Part shown: positions 22,510 to 35,372 of the stretch, in pieces
How the letters are laid out: each line of letters opens with the position of its first letter
Numbering within the stretch: position 1 is the stretch's first letter
Source of the DNA: Mobula hypostoma
Taxonomy: Eukaryota
NCBI RefSeq assembly: GCF_963921235.1
Contig: NC_086108.1
Location: 101,000,001 to 101,064,000, forward strand
Length of the DNA stretch: 64,000 nucleotides
Direction of reading: 5' to 3'
Notes under the pieces: generated by a model
Database searches by the model: none
Told to the model about the DNA's origin: nothing
The model's input: the letters and a program-made list of their open reading frames with translations, nothing else
Made by a program: the position numbers and the translations under genes

Positions 22510-23085
22510 TGGTTAGAGTTGACCAATGTTAACCATGGATGTTGCATCCTACCTGCCTAGCTACACAAACCTGGGCAGTACAATATGGAGAGCAAGCTGT
22601 TGCCCATGTAGCAAGCTCCCCCAACTCTAGGCATTTGATGCACCCAAAGGAACGGCAGAGACCGATACAGTTTGGCACCAGCAGCTTCGCAGGATTTGCC
22701 AGTCAGCATTGAACTCAACATAGGACTGACTAAGGGAGTCCAGCTCTGGATTATTCCATCGGGGTTTACTTCCGAAGCCTTTCCCATGAGTGGGTGTAGC
22801 TGCAAGGCAGCGGAGGTTTGAGATCAGAGTTTTCCTTCTCCTAGATGAGCTGCCAACTGAGCTAACAAGCCCCATCTTCCCGAAGCAACTGGTCTTAAGT
22901 GACCAGTAACATACTCTTGCCCTTCTCCTGTCAGTAGAAATAGTTCAGCTGGGTTTGGTAACTAAGCCACACGTGAAGGCCCGGAGCTGGACTTGGTCGT
23001 CAGAGGCTGTTTGAGGTGCAAACCATTGAGAGCATTTAATAAGTAGTGGCAGCTTGTCCCCATTACCACCCCCAGCTAAAACAAC
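22510..23085 (-). mobile_element. Short RTE-related non-autonomous element, right arm only
   Basis: Absent from the left arm; RTE-like UTR sequence (ctcatgggaaaggcttcggaagtaaacc). Family call is from recalled resemblance only. Confidence 0.45.
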
Positions 23086-24294
23086 CTTAAGGAACCATAA
23101 AGTACTTTCAATTAGAAAATAAAGAAATAATGCAAAAGAGAAGGAGGAATGAGGTAGTTCCGATGCACTGTTCAGAAATCTGATGATGGAAGAGAAGAAG
23201 CTATATCTGAATGGCTGAGTGTGGATCTTTAGGCTCCTTGGCCTCTCCCCTGATGGCAGTAAGGAGAAGAGGGTTTGATCGAGATAGTTAATGATGGATG
23301 CTACGTTCTTGAGGTGCCACCTCAAGATGTCCTCGACAGTGAGGAGGGTTGTGCATATGATAGAGTTGGCTGAGTCTACTATGCTCTACAGCTTCCATAT
23401 AAGTCCATGATGCAATCAGTCAGAATACTTTCCACTGTACATCTATAGAAATCTGGTGACATACCAGATCTCTCACGTCACAAGATGGCGGCACAAAGGG
23501 TTGTAGTGGCCTCTCTGGTTCCAATCAATGGTGAGATTTCTTGCACTGTGTATCTTTTCTATGACTGGAAAACGCTGCTAAGTCAAAAAGAACACCAAAA
23601 TTTGTAAGTACACCTAGCTAGCAAGGGAAACTACGAATTTGTTGCACAATTATGGACAAATGCAGGGAGCGAACCCTTGGTCCGTGTCAAGCTTTAGAAC
23701 AGGTACTCAGGGAAACGGCCTTCAGAAGTGGTGCACTTGAACACAGAAGCGCAATAAGCACGCCTGTATTTGAGTCAGACTTAAAGCGGGTGCCTGCAGT
23801 CTTGCGCTCCCGATGATTCCGCTTGCTAACATTCAATCACTAGAGAAGAAGCTGGATTATCTGCACCTGTATCTGAACCAGCGGGCGATGAGGGACTGCT
23901 GCACACTCATCCTGACAGAAACCTGGTCCCAGGAACCATTCCCGACTCAGCCATCTAGCAAGGAGGCTGAATCTCCTTTTGGGCGGACAGAAGGACCTCC
24001 AGCAAGACCCGCGGAGGAGGCCAGTGTGACTGCGTTGAGAAGAACTAGTGTGTGAATGTCTCAGTAGTAAAGACCCACTGCTCACCACAGATAGAGTCTT
24101 TAATGGTGAAGTGCAGGCCCTTCTACTTACTGATTTTGATTATTGCTGCTTACATCCCCCCTGTGCTAGTACTGGAGCTCCACGACACCATCTACACTCT
24201 CAAAGCCACTCACTCCAGTGATTTTTTTTGCTACTTGTGACTTCAATCATGCCAACTCAAAAGAGTCCTGCTAAATTCTATCAGCATGACAAAT

Positions 24295-27120
24295 ATAGAA
24301 ACATAGAAAACCTACAGCTCAATACAGGCCCTTCGGCCCACAATGCTGTGCCAAACATGTACTTACCTTAGAAATTACCTAGGCTTACCCGTAGCCCTCT
24401 ATTTTCCTAAGCTCCATGTACCTATCCAGGAGTCTATTAAAAGAACCTATCATATCCGCCTCCACCACTGTTGCCGGCAGCCCATTCCACGCACTCACCA
24501 CTCTCTGCATAAAAAACTTACCCCTGACATCTCCTCTGTACTTACTTTCAAGCACCTTAAAACTGTGCCCTCTTGTGTTAGCCATTTCATCCCTGGGAAA
24601 AAGCCTCTGACTATCCACATGATCAATGCCTCTCATCATCTTATGCACCTCTATCAGGTCACCTCTCACCCGCCGTCACTCCAAGGAGAAAAGGCCAAGT
24701 TCACTCAACCTATTCTCATGAGGCTGCTCCCCAATCCAGGCAACATCCTTGTAAATCTCCTCTGCACCGTTTCTATAATTTCCATATCCTTCCTGTAGTG
24801 AGGTGACTAGAACTGTGCATAGTACTCCAAGTGGGGTCTGACCTGGGTCCAATACAGCTATAACATTACTTCTCAGCTCTTGAATTCAATCCCATGGTTG
24901 ATGAAGGCCAATACATCATATGCCTTCTTAACCACAGAGTCAACTTGAGCAGCAGCTTTGAGTGTTCGATGGACCTGGACCCCAAGATCCTTCTGATCCT
25001 CCACACTGCCAAGAGTCTTACCAGTAATACTATATTCTGCTATCATATTGACCTACCAAAATGAACCACCTCACACTTATCTGTGTGGAACTCTGTCTGC
25101 CACTTCTCAGCCCAGTTTTGCATCCTATCAATGTCCCACTGTAAACTCTGACAGCCCTCCACACTATGCACAACACCTCCAACCTTTGTGTCATCAGAAA
25201 ATTTACTAACCCATCCCTCCACTTCCTCATCCAGGTCATTTATAAAAATCATGAAGACAAGGGGTCCCAAAACAGATCCCTGAGGCACACCACTGGTCAT
25301 CAACCTCCATGCAGAATATGACCCGTCGATAACCACTCTTTGCCTTCGGTGGGCAAGCCAGTTCTGGATCCACAAAGCAATGTCCCCTTGGGTCCCATGT
25401 CTCCTTAGTTTCTCAATAAGCCTTGCATGGGTACCTTATCAAATGCCTTGCTGAAATCCATATACATTACATCTACTGCTCTATCTTCATCAATGTGTTT
25501 AGCCACATCCTCAAAAAATTCAATCAGGCTCGTAAGGCATGACCTGCCTTTGACAAAGCCATGCTGACTATTCCTAATCATATTATATCTCTCCAAATGT
25601 TCATATATCCTGCCTCTCAGGATCTTCTCCATCAACTTACCAACCACTGAAGTAAGACTTACTGATCTATAATTTCCTGGACTATCTCTACTCCCTTTCT
25701 TGAATAAGGGAACAACATCTGGAACCCTCCAATCCTCCAGAACTTCTGCCATCCCCAATGATGATGCAAAGATCATTGCCAGAGGCTCAGCAATCTCCTC
25801 CCTCAGCTCCCACAGTAGCCAGGGGTATATCTCGCCCGGTCCTGGAGACTTATCCAACTTAATGCTTTCCAAAAGCTCCAGCACATCCTCTTTCTTAATG
25901 CCTATATGCTCAAGCTTTTCAGTCCGCTGGAAGTCATCCCTACAATCACCAAGGTCCTTTTCCGTAGTGAATACTGAAGTAAAGTATTCATGAAGTACCT
26001 CTGCTATCTCTTCCGGTTCCATACACACTTTTCCACTGTCACACTTGATTGGTCCTGTTCTCTCACGTCTTATCCTCTTGCTCTTCACATACTTGTAGAA
26101 TGTCTTAGAGTTTTCCTTAATCCTGCTCGCCAAGGCCTTCTCATGTTCCCTTCTGGCTCTCCTACTTTCATTCCTAAGCTTGTTCTTGCTAGCCTTATAA
26201 TTTTCCAGATCTCTATCATAACCTAGTTTTTTGAACTTTTCGTAATCTTTTCTTTCCTTCTTGACTAGATTTTCAACAGCCCTTGTACAACATGGTTCTT
26301 GTACCCTACCAACCTTTCCCGTCTCATTGGAACGTACCTATGTAGAACGCCACACAAATATCCCCTGAACATTTGCCACATTCCTTCTGTACATTCCCGA
26401 GAACATCTGTTCCCAATTTGAGCTTCAAAGTTCCTGCCTGATAGCTTCATATTTTCCCTTACTCCAATTAAACGTTTTCCTAACTTGTCTATTCCTATCC
26501 TTCGCCAATGCTATGGTAAAGGAGATAGAATTGTGATTACTATCTCCAAAATGCTAACCCACTGAGAGTCCTGACACCTGACTAGGTTAATTTCCCAATA
26601 CCAGATCAAGTACAGCCTTTCCTCTTGTAGGTTTATCTACATATTGTGTGAGGAAATCTTCCTGAACACACCTAACAAACTCCACCTCATCTAAACCCCT
26701 GACTCTAGGGGATGTTAATCAATATTGGGGAAATTAAAATCTCCCATCGTGATAATCCCATTATCATTGCACCATTCCAGAATCTGTCTCCCTACCTGCT
26801 CCTCGATGTCCCTGTTACTGTTGCGTGGTCCATAAAAAACACCCAATGGAGTTATTGACCCCTTCCTGTTTCTAACTTCCACCTACAGAAACTCAGTAAA
26901 CAATCCCTCCATGACTTCCTCCTTTTTTTGCAGCCGTGACACTATCTCCAATCAGTCGTACCACATCCCCACCCCTTTTGCCTCCCTCCCTGTCCTTTCT
27001 GAAAAATCTAAGGCCTGGTACTCTAAGCAGCTTTTCCTGCCCCTGATTCATCCAAGTCTCTGTAATGGCCACAACATCAAAGCTCCAAGCACTGATCCAT
27101 GGTCGAAGCTCATCCACTCT
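24295..27120 (-). mobile_element. CR1 LINE, most of ORF2, frameshifted
   Basis: Endonuclease FDVVAITETW, KSPGPG, NYRSVSLTS, QHGFVKGRSC, GVPQGSVLGP, FSDDTK, tail at ~24295; same subfamily as 61335-63090. Confidence 0.9.
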
Positions 27121-27264
27121 GTCAGCTTTGCAATCAGAGAAGAAAATGTATTAAACTTAGTTTATATCAATGTTTGTAGAGCCCACACGGCTCCCACCCC
27201 CTTACCTTAGATTCTCAGACCACATATCTGTTTTGCTAACTCCTGTTTACAGAGCACCGGCTAA

Positions 27265-27865
27265 ACCATTGGTCTGCTCGTCCACTCCATCGTGTCTGAT
27301 CTCAAATCCCACTCAACCCCTTACATCTGCCTTCTTGTCATATCCTGTGATGTCCTGACCAATCAGGAAACTATCAATTTCTGCCTGAAATATACTCACA
27401 GACTTGACGTCTAAAGCAGTCTGTGGCAGAGCATTCCACAGATTTACTTCTCTCTGGCTAAAAAGTTTCCTCTTTTCTTCTGTTCTAAAAGGTCATTCTT
27501 CAATTCTGAGGTTATGCCCTCTATTTCTGGATACCTTCACCACAGGAAACGTCTTCTCCATACCCACTCTATCTAGTCCATTCCACATTCGGTAGGTTTC
27601 AATGAGATCCACCCGCACTCTTCTAAATTCCAGTGAGTACAGGACCAAAGCTGCCAAACGCTCCTCATATGTTAACCCCTTCATTCCCAGAATCATTCTC
27701 CTGAACCTCCCCTGGATGCTGTCCAATGACAACACATCCTTTCTGAGATATGGGGCCTAAAACTGTTGACAATACTTCAAGTGCAGCCTGTCTAGTATCT
27801 TATAAAGCCTTAGCATTATCTCCTTGCTTTTACATTCTATTCACCTTGAAATAAATGCCAACAAC
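27265..27865 (-). mobile_element. CR1 3' fragment, older subfamily
   Basis: GMKGLTYEERLAALVLYSLEFRR...RGHNLRI. Confidence 0.75.
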
Positions 27866-29399
27866 TGGCTAGAAGTTGCCACATCTTTGCTGCAGATCTC
27901 CTTTGAAAGTATGGACTGGAGCATTTTCAGGGAGGTGGCAATCTACGATCATCAATTTAACATTGATGAATAGTGGGATCGGTGACTGGCTACATAGGAA
28001 AACGCACTGAGGATGAAAGGTGATTAAACACTATACTGCCAGGGCAAACTAGAAACAGTGGCTGACTGCAGAGGTTCATGCACTGCTTAGGGGTAGATCT
28101 GCTACCTTCAGATCAGGGAACAGAATGACTCTAAAGTCAGCAAGAACCGTGCCCTCACATGCCATCATGAAGGCAAAGCATGAGAATGCATAGAAAATCC
28201 ACAGTTATCTTTGTGACACCAGGGACAGGCGAGGTATACAAACCATAACTGATTACAAGCCCCCCCTCTGTGTCAATGAAGCGAAGCCCGCCTTCCTGAT
28301 CGGCTGAATGCCTTCTGTGCACAGTTTGACACATGTAGTGATGTGACATCGAGGAAATCTGCCTCTCCCCTTGTGGAAAAGGCACAGTGGCCACAGCTGA
28401 GCTGAAGGGTATCCTAGCCATAGTAAACCTATGTAAAGCTGCAGGGCTGGACAACATGTCTGCTCTGGTGCTGAGGGACTATGCAGCCCAGCTAACAGAG
28501 GTCTTAACAGACATCTTTAACATCTCTTTAAAACAGCCTACTGTCCCTGCAGGCTTCAAGGCTGCCACCATTATTCTAGTGCCTAAGAAATCTACAGAGA
28601 CTGGCCTAAACAATTATCCCCAATGGCACTGACTTCAACAACCATGAAGTGTTTTGAGTGGCTGGTAATGGGTTGTTTAAAATCCCACCTTACTGCGACA
28701 TTGGACTTTTCCAGTTCACTAACCCTCAAACTGGACTACTGATGATGCCATAGCCTTGGCCCTCCATTCCATCCTGTCCCACCAAGACAATGTCTCATAC
28801 GCAGAGATATTTTGCTCAGTGTTTAACACGATCTTCCCTCAGAGGCAGGTGGGTAAACTGTCCTCATTGGGAATTATCACCACTCTCTGTAACTGGATCT
28901 TGGACTTCGGGACAGAAGGACTCCAGTCGGTTCGGATTGGCAGCATCATCTCAAGCTCCATCACGCTGAGCACTGGTGCCCCCCAGGACTGTGTTCATGC
29001 AGCTGGCTCACGAATGCCCTGCCAGAATCAGACCAAACTGCATCATCAAGTTCGCTGATGATACCACAGTAGATGACCTCATCAGCAGCAATGGTAAGTT
29101 GGCATAGAGAGAGGAGGTAGAGAGGCTTGTCAAATGGTGAGAGAACAGCAACCTAAGTCCCAGTGTGGACAAGACAGAAGAGATGATTGTGGACTTCAGG
29201 AAGGCACAGGTTGACCATTCTATTGAAAATAATTGGCTCTGCAGTAGACACAGTAAAGAGCATAGTGCTCCTTATATATACCAGGTGATCTAACCTAGAT
29301 TCACAACACCTCCTCATTAGCCAACAAGGCACAGCTGTGCCTACACTTTCTCAGGAGATTGAGGTGTGCAAGACTCCCAACCCCATTGAAACAAGGGGC

Positions 29400-30015
29400 G
29401 GCCATAGTTAAAACTGTCCACTGTCTGACCAATCAGCCTCCATGTTACAGGACTGCTTTATAGACATCAACTGTAATGTCTTCCATGATGAGGATGCCTC
29501 TGAGTTCATGTATGGGGTCATGAGTTTCATCCAGAAGTGCATTGAGGATGTTGTCCCCAGAAACTGGTCAGGGTCTATCGAAACCAGAAACTCTGGATCA
29601 ACAGTTCCGTGCGAACTGTACTTACTGCGTGACACAGAGCTTACACTGCCGGCAATCAGCAGAAGCTCAAGAAATGCAGCTATGAACTGCGCAAAGTCAT
29701 CAAGGCAGCAAAACAACAGTACAGGAACAAGATCCAGACACAACTTTCCACCAACAGCACATGCAGTTTAAGGCAAGGTCTGCACACCATCGCAGACTTC
29801 AAAGCTAAACGCAGTAGAGTTTCCAACATCGTTGCATCTCTCCCAGACTGATTAATTCACACTGATACAATTGTATTTCTATATTAAATTGACTGTCCTG
29901 CTGTACATATTTATTATAAATTACTATAAATTGTACATTGCACATTTAGATGGAGACGTAATGCAAAGATTTTTACTCATGTATATGTAGGAATAAGTAA
30001 TAAAGCCAATTCAAT
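29400..30015 (+). mobile_element. Rex1-type element with a large internal deletion
   Basis: MLQDCF..SFIQKCIEDVVP region is fused at ~29845 directly to the 3' end seen at 46233-46410. Confidence 0.65.
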
Positions 30016-32079
30016 TCTAACAACATTCTACAGGACTTTTGAGAGAGTCCTGTCTGGCTGCATCATTGTTTGGTACAGAAACCACAGCCATCGGACTGCA
30101 GGACCTTACAGACGATAGTAAAAACCACCGAGAGGATCACTGACCCATCTTCCCCTGCCATTTGTGACGGGAACATGACATAAACAAATGGCCTGAAGCG
30201 TTGCTGAGGATCCCACCACCCGTCCCACAATCTCTTTGACCCACTACCATCAGGAAGGAAGTACAGGAGCATCCGGACCTGGACTGCCAGACTGGGAAAC
30301 AACTTCTTCCATCAGACTGTGAGGCTAATGACCACCCTGCCACCACCGAGGTCTCGTCACTAGGACTGCGACCTGTTTATTGTTTACTGCTTTTTTGTGC
30401 TGTCACTACCTGCATTTTGAATGACTTTTTATTAACTCATTTATGGTAATATTTTGGTTTATGTGCTGTGTGTGATATATATATATATATATTTTTTGAG
30501 ACTGCAGCTGCTCCAGAGTAATATTGTTTTGTTTGGCTGTATATATGATCAGTCAGCTGACAATGAACTTGAACTTTAAATTTCCCCTGACTCCTAACGC
30601 AGGATAGCCACTGGCGTGCCTTCTTGGTGATTGAATTAATGTGTTCGGACCATGATAGATCCTCTGTGATGTTGAGACTCAGGAACTTAAAGCTGCTCAC
30701 CCTTTTCTCCACTAACCATGTAATGAGAGCTGGTGTCTGTTCTCCTGACTTCCCCTTCCCGAAGTCCAAAATCAATTCCTTGGTCTTGTTCATATTGAGT
30801 GTGAGGTTGTTGTGACACCCCTCAGCCAGCTGATCTGCGTTACCCCTGTACACCACCTCGTTGTCATCTGTGATTTTAACAACAAAAATGGTGTCTTTGG
30901 AGAATTCATAGATGGCAGTTGAGCTATGCTTAGCCACACTGTCATGACTATAGAGGACATAAAACAGTGGACCAAGCACACATCCCTGTCAGTGAGGAGA
31001 TGTTATCACCATATTGTACTGGCTGGTCTCCCAATGAGAACATTAAGAATCCAATTGTGGAGGGAGATGCAGATGTCAAGGTTTAAAATCTAGTTAATTA
31101 ATACTGAGGGGATAATGGTATAACACTTCACACTGCGATTGATAAACAGCAGCCTGATGTGTGTGTTGATGCTCTCTGGGTGCTCCAAAGCAGAGTGGAG
31201 AGCCAGTGAGATTACATCTTCTGTAGACCTGTTACTGCAGGAGGTGAATTGATGAATGTCTTGGTCCTTACTCAGGCAGGAGTTAGTCGTAGCCATAACC
31301 AACCTCTCAAAGCACTTCATTATGATAGATGTGAGTGCTGCTGCTCAACAGTCATTGAGGAACATTTTCTAAAAAATTAACATGAGGTGGCATCCATCAG
31401 GAATGGAAAAACTTGAAATTCTATCTTGCTTCTGTGGTGTTACATCGGAAATTTCTGTTATCAGATGATCTGTCCTGGGAGCAATATGTAAGTGTCATCA
31501 CAAAGAAGCCACATCAGCACCTCCACTTTCTTAGAAGTTTGTCTGTGTTCAACATTCCACCAAAAAATTCAATAAACTTTAATACATATACAATGGAGAG
31601 TATCCCAAAAGGTTGTATCATAGTCTTGTATGGAAACACCAATGACCAGGAATGGAAAAGTCTGAAGAAGTGGTGGATACAGCCCAATTATCACATGCAA
31701 AGCCCTCCCTATCAATGAGTACATTTTCATGGAACTTTGGCTCAAGGACCCTACCACAGATGCTGGAATCTGAAGCAACACACTATCTGTAGGGAGGAAA
31801 GGAATTATCGACTTCTCGGGCCGTAGACCCGGCATCTGAACTATTCTGAGTCTGTATCACCTAGTCTGACTGCAGCATCACAGAAAACATTGGGTGGTAT
31901 CCTCAATGAGAAGATGGGACACTCTCTCCACAAGGATTGTGTACCATCTACTTCACCCTCTCTCATGGCCTGATGCATCGCCAACAAGTTGTTAGATGAA
32001 CCTTATCGAGGAAGCTTATCTTTCACAAATGTTTACTCATTACCTGATCCAGACACCTCCAAGACGACCTCAGACTTGT

Positions 32080-32480
32080 CCAAGTTTAGAGGTTTGTGTG
32101 CCTCAAGGACCCACAGAGCTATGCCGGCTGGATTTAGGGCTTTATACTTTGGCTCCTGGAGGGGTCTCTCATGCCAAACAGTTCAAAGGGTAGAGGGCAG
32201 ACTAAGAGTGGTCTACCTGGACTCCAGGTTCAGGGATTCAGCTCAGGGCGAACAACCCTGACTGATAAAACAAATTTGTTACAGATACGGCAATGAAGAA
32301 TCTTCCAACATCTGAGTGTGATGATATTCCTGAGTCTCCACAGGGGACTTGCATGACAGACAGTAGTGAAAGCAGAGAGGAAGCTGTTGCCGTGATGGAG
32401 TCCCTGAACACCTCCAGAGATGGACAACTTTCACTGCTGCCCTAAATGCCAGCGGCATAGGGAGTAGCAAGCAAGCAAGG
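32080..32480 (+). mobile_element. Short bipartite RTE-derived element (paralog ~52970-53370)
   Basis: RTE-like 5' UTR (gccaaacagttcaaagggtagagggcagactaagag...aacaaccctg) joined to an RTE-like 3' end (tgctgccctaaatgccagcggca) and a gcaa tail. Confidence 0.55.
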
Positions 32481-34789
32481 GATGCAAACCAAGTCTGGCA
32501 GCTACGTCTATAGAGTTTAGTCAGTCCATTTAGCATGGCCTGCGATGATCATATACATTCTAACAAGATTATCTTCATTCTTTTAAACCTAAGGAATACA
32601 GGTTTAATTTTGTTATCTGGTTGTGATGTAAAATGCACCATTCAAGGAACTAGTTCTGTGAAAATTATCTGGACTTCTTCCAGGGCTAGCGTAATATTTC
32701 TTAAATAAGGAACCAAAACTTTGTGTGGTACTCCGAGTGTAACCACACCAACTCCATGTAAATGATCTATTTTTAAACTCCTTGCAAGAAAGTCCAAAGT
32801 GGTCTCTGTTTTGTCTGACAATGTTTGTGTTTCATGCACAAGAGTATTAAGGTGCCCCTGTATTCTGCTCATTTATAATATCTTTCCACTTAGATAGATA
32901 TTTTCAATGTGAAAAATTCCTATGCACCCCAGTTTAACAATCTCCACTTGTCAAGTTTTCACCCACTCACCCTATCTATTTAGAACCTGCTGCAGAGATG
33001 GTCATAGACAAGTACCTCACAGGAACAGGCCTTTTGGCTCATCTAGTCCATGCTGAACCAGTTAAGTTGTCTACTCCCATCATCCTGCACCGGGATCATC
33101 ACCCTCCATACATGAAACACCTATGTCCCTATCCAAACCTCTCATAAATGTTGAAATCGAGCTCACGTGCATCACTTGGGCAGGCAGATCGTGCCATACG
33201 CTCAAAGTCCTTTGAGTGAAGAAGTTTCCCCTCATGTTCCCCTTAAACCTTTTGCCTTTCACCTTTAACCAATGACCTCTAGTTGCAGTTCCATCCAATC
33301 TCAGTGGACAAAGCCTACTTGCACTTACCCTATCAGTATCGGTCAGAACTGAAGAAAAATTGCAGTATGGATTTCTACCTCTCTTTATGTCGTAGACAAA
33401 TACAGATACCAAATGGAGACGCAAAAGGCTACAGATGCTGAAATCTGGATAAACTCAGTGGGTCAGGCTTAATGTATGGTCACCTTACACTCTGCCCCTT
33501 TCACTAGCTCATTGAAACAGATGGTAAATGATTGAGGGCCAAGAAATAATCCTTTGCATTCCACTTGTTACAACCTGCTAACCTGAAAGGACTCATTTAT
33601 TCTGACGGGTATGGCAACTGCTCTGCTCTGAACTGTCAGAATCTGCAGAAAGGGGTAAACACTGCCATCATCCCCAATGTTCCCGATAAGTTGTGCATGC
33701 ACACATCTTTTGTTACTAGCACACAAAGGAATTGAAACTGTGCACAAAAGGTTGTTACCTTCTACCTCGTTGGCATGTTAAGTATATTTCCCTATCGTAC
33801 ACAGTCATATTTCCATTTCTGGTTTCCGATGCAGACAGTGTGGATAATGTGGGGTTTGCGATGATTTGTCTGCAGATTTTTGATCTCTCTTATTTATACT
33901 CTCTTATTTCTTATTGAAGAAATTATTGATTCACTATGTCAAAATTTCAAAGAAGCAAAGGGTAGGAAGGGGAAAAGAACTGTTAGTTACTTGAAAGTGG
34001 CATGGCTTAATGACCATTGCAAACAACTTTAAAAACTGAAAAGGTTGATATTATTACACACTGTATATGAGAAATAAGACTCATTGTTGTGTATGATTTT
34101 GTTTCTTGTAAACAATGAACAACAAACTGGACTTGATAGTTTATTATCCTTACGATACCTTCAAGTTTACATTCACTTAAAAATTCAATGCACACGTTTT
34201 TGTCACTGGACAAAAAAATTGCACAGCACAAGACTTTTGTACACCCTGGTCATTACAAATTTATGCGAACATTGCTTCCATGAAGGTGGACTAGATGGAC
34301 CACTTCCTCCCATCCAGTCCACCTTCATGGTGGATTGCTTCAGGAAGGTTAACAGTAATTGTCAAAGGTGCCTGTCACACTGGCCATTCTCTTTCACTGA
34401 TTCTTTCATTGTGGTCTTTCACTGATTCTGTTATGTTTCTTGGATGTATTGAGTATGCCTGCAAGATTTTGGGCTGAGGCCTTTCATCAAGTCCTGATGA
34501 AGGGACTCAGCCTGAAATGTCAACCGTCTATTTTCCTTCCTGAGTTCCCCCAGTGTCTTTGTGTCTTGCTTCCTCCTCAGTAATGCTGCCACATTCTTGA
34601 CCCTAATTCTATCTCTTACGTTAGTGTCATTTGGACATTACTTTTCACACTTACTCAGTTTACATAACAGTACTTTGCACCAGTCCACCAATTTTCTGTT
34701 CATTAATCTGCATACAGTGGCCATTTTATGAAGTATGTTTTTGTGCTTAATAAAGGAGCCACTGAGTGTATGTTTATGGTCTTAGACCA

Positions 34790-35372
34790 TAAGATCATAA
34801 CACATGGGAGCAGAATCAGCCCATTGCATTCGCTCCACCATTCCATCATGGCTGGTCCCAGATCCAACGCAACTCCAGACACCTGCCTTCTTGTCATATC
34901 CTCTGATGCCCTGTTTGATCAGTAAATGATCAACTTCCACCTAAAATATACTAATGGACTTGGCCTCCAATGCAGTCTGTGGCAGAGCATTCCACAGATT
35001 CACTATTCTCTGGCTATAAAAAATCCCTCCTTACCTCTGTTCTAAAAGGTCGCTCCTCAATTTTGAGGCTATGCCCTCTAGTTCTGGATACCCCCCATCA
35101 TAGGAAACATCCTCTCCACATCCACCCTATCTAGTCCTTTCAACATTTAGCAGATATCAATGAGATTCCCCTGCATTCTTCTAAATTCCAGTGAGTACAG
35201 GCCAAAAGTTGCCAAATGCTCCTCATATATTAACCCCTTCATCCCTGGAATTCTCCTTGTGAACCTCTGCTGGACTCTTGCCAATGACAACACATCCTTT
35301 CTGAGATATGGGGCCCAAATCTGTTGATAATACTCCAAGCGTGTCCTGACTAGTCTCTTATGAAGCCTCAAC
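34790..35372 (-). mobile_element. CR1 3' fragment (longer paralog 55915-57180)
   Basis: LEYYQQIWAPYLRKDVLSL..PGMKGL..GLYSLEFRRM. Confidence 0.8.

Larger units (their letters stand above)
19870..23855. repeat. Diverged inverted duplication (palindrome) centred near 21800
   Basis: 19870-20400 is the reverse complement of ~23325-23855, and 21105-21710 of ~21890-22475. The arms share element junctions and apparently unique sequence. Confidence 0.85.
23474..30577 (+). mobile_element. Near-full-length decayed Rex1/Babar-type LINE with three nested insertions
   Basis: 5' aagatggcgg; endonuclease LANIQSLEKKLD..LILTETW; YQH|VSFAIREENVLNLVY across a CR1; RT motifs (KAAGLDN, LCNWILDF, TGAPQ, KFADDT); 3' LPSGRKYRS and a tgaact tail. 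Interrupts a minus-strand Rex1 fragment (23100-23472 / 30580-31360). Confidence 0.75.

Noticed and set aside
22920..23075. HDV-like ribozyme at the 5' end of the RTE-like element
   Set aside because: I could not assign the P1-P4 pairings by eye; it needs a descriptor search.
33583..33642. Apparent 60-nt exon on - (ctgcag|att...cag|gttag)
   Set aside because: It is a junction of decayed Rex1 and CR1 sequence and gives stops when joined to the upstream micro-ORF.
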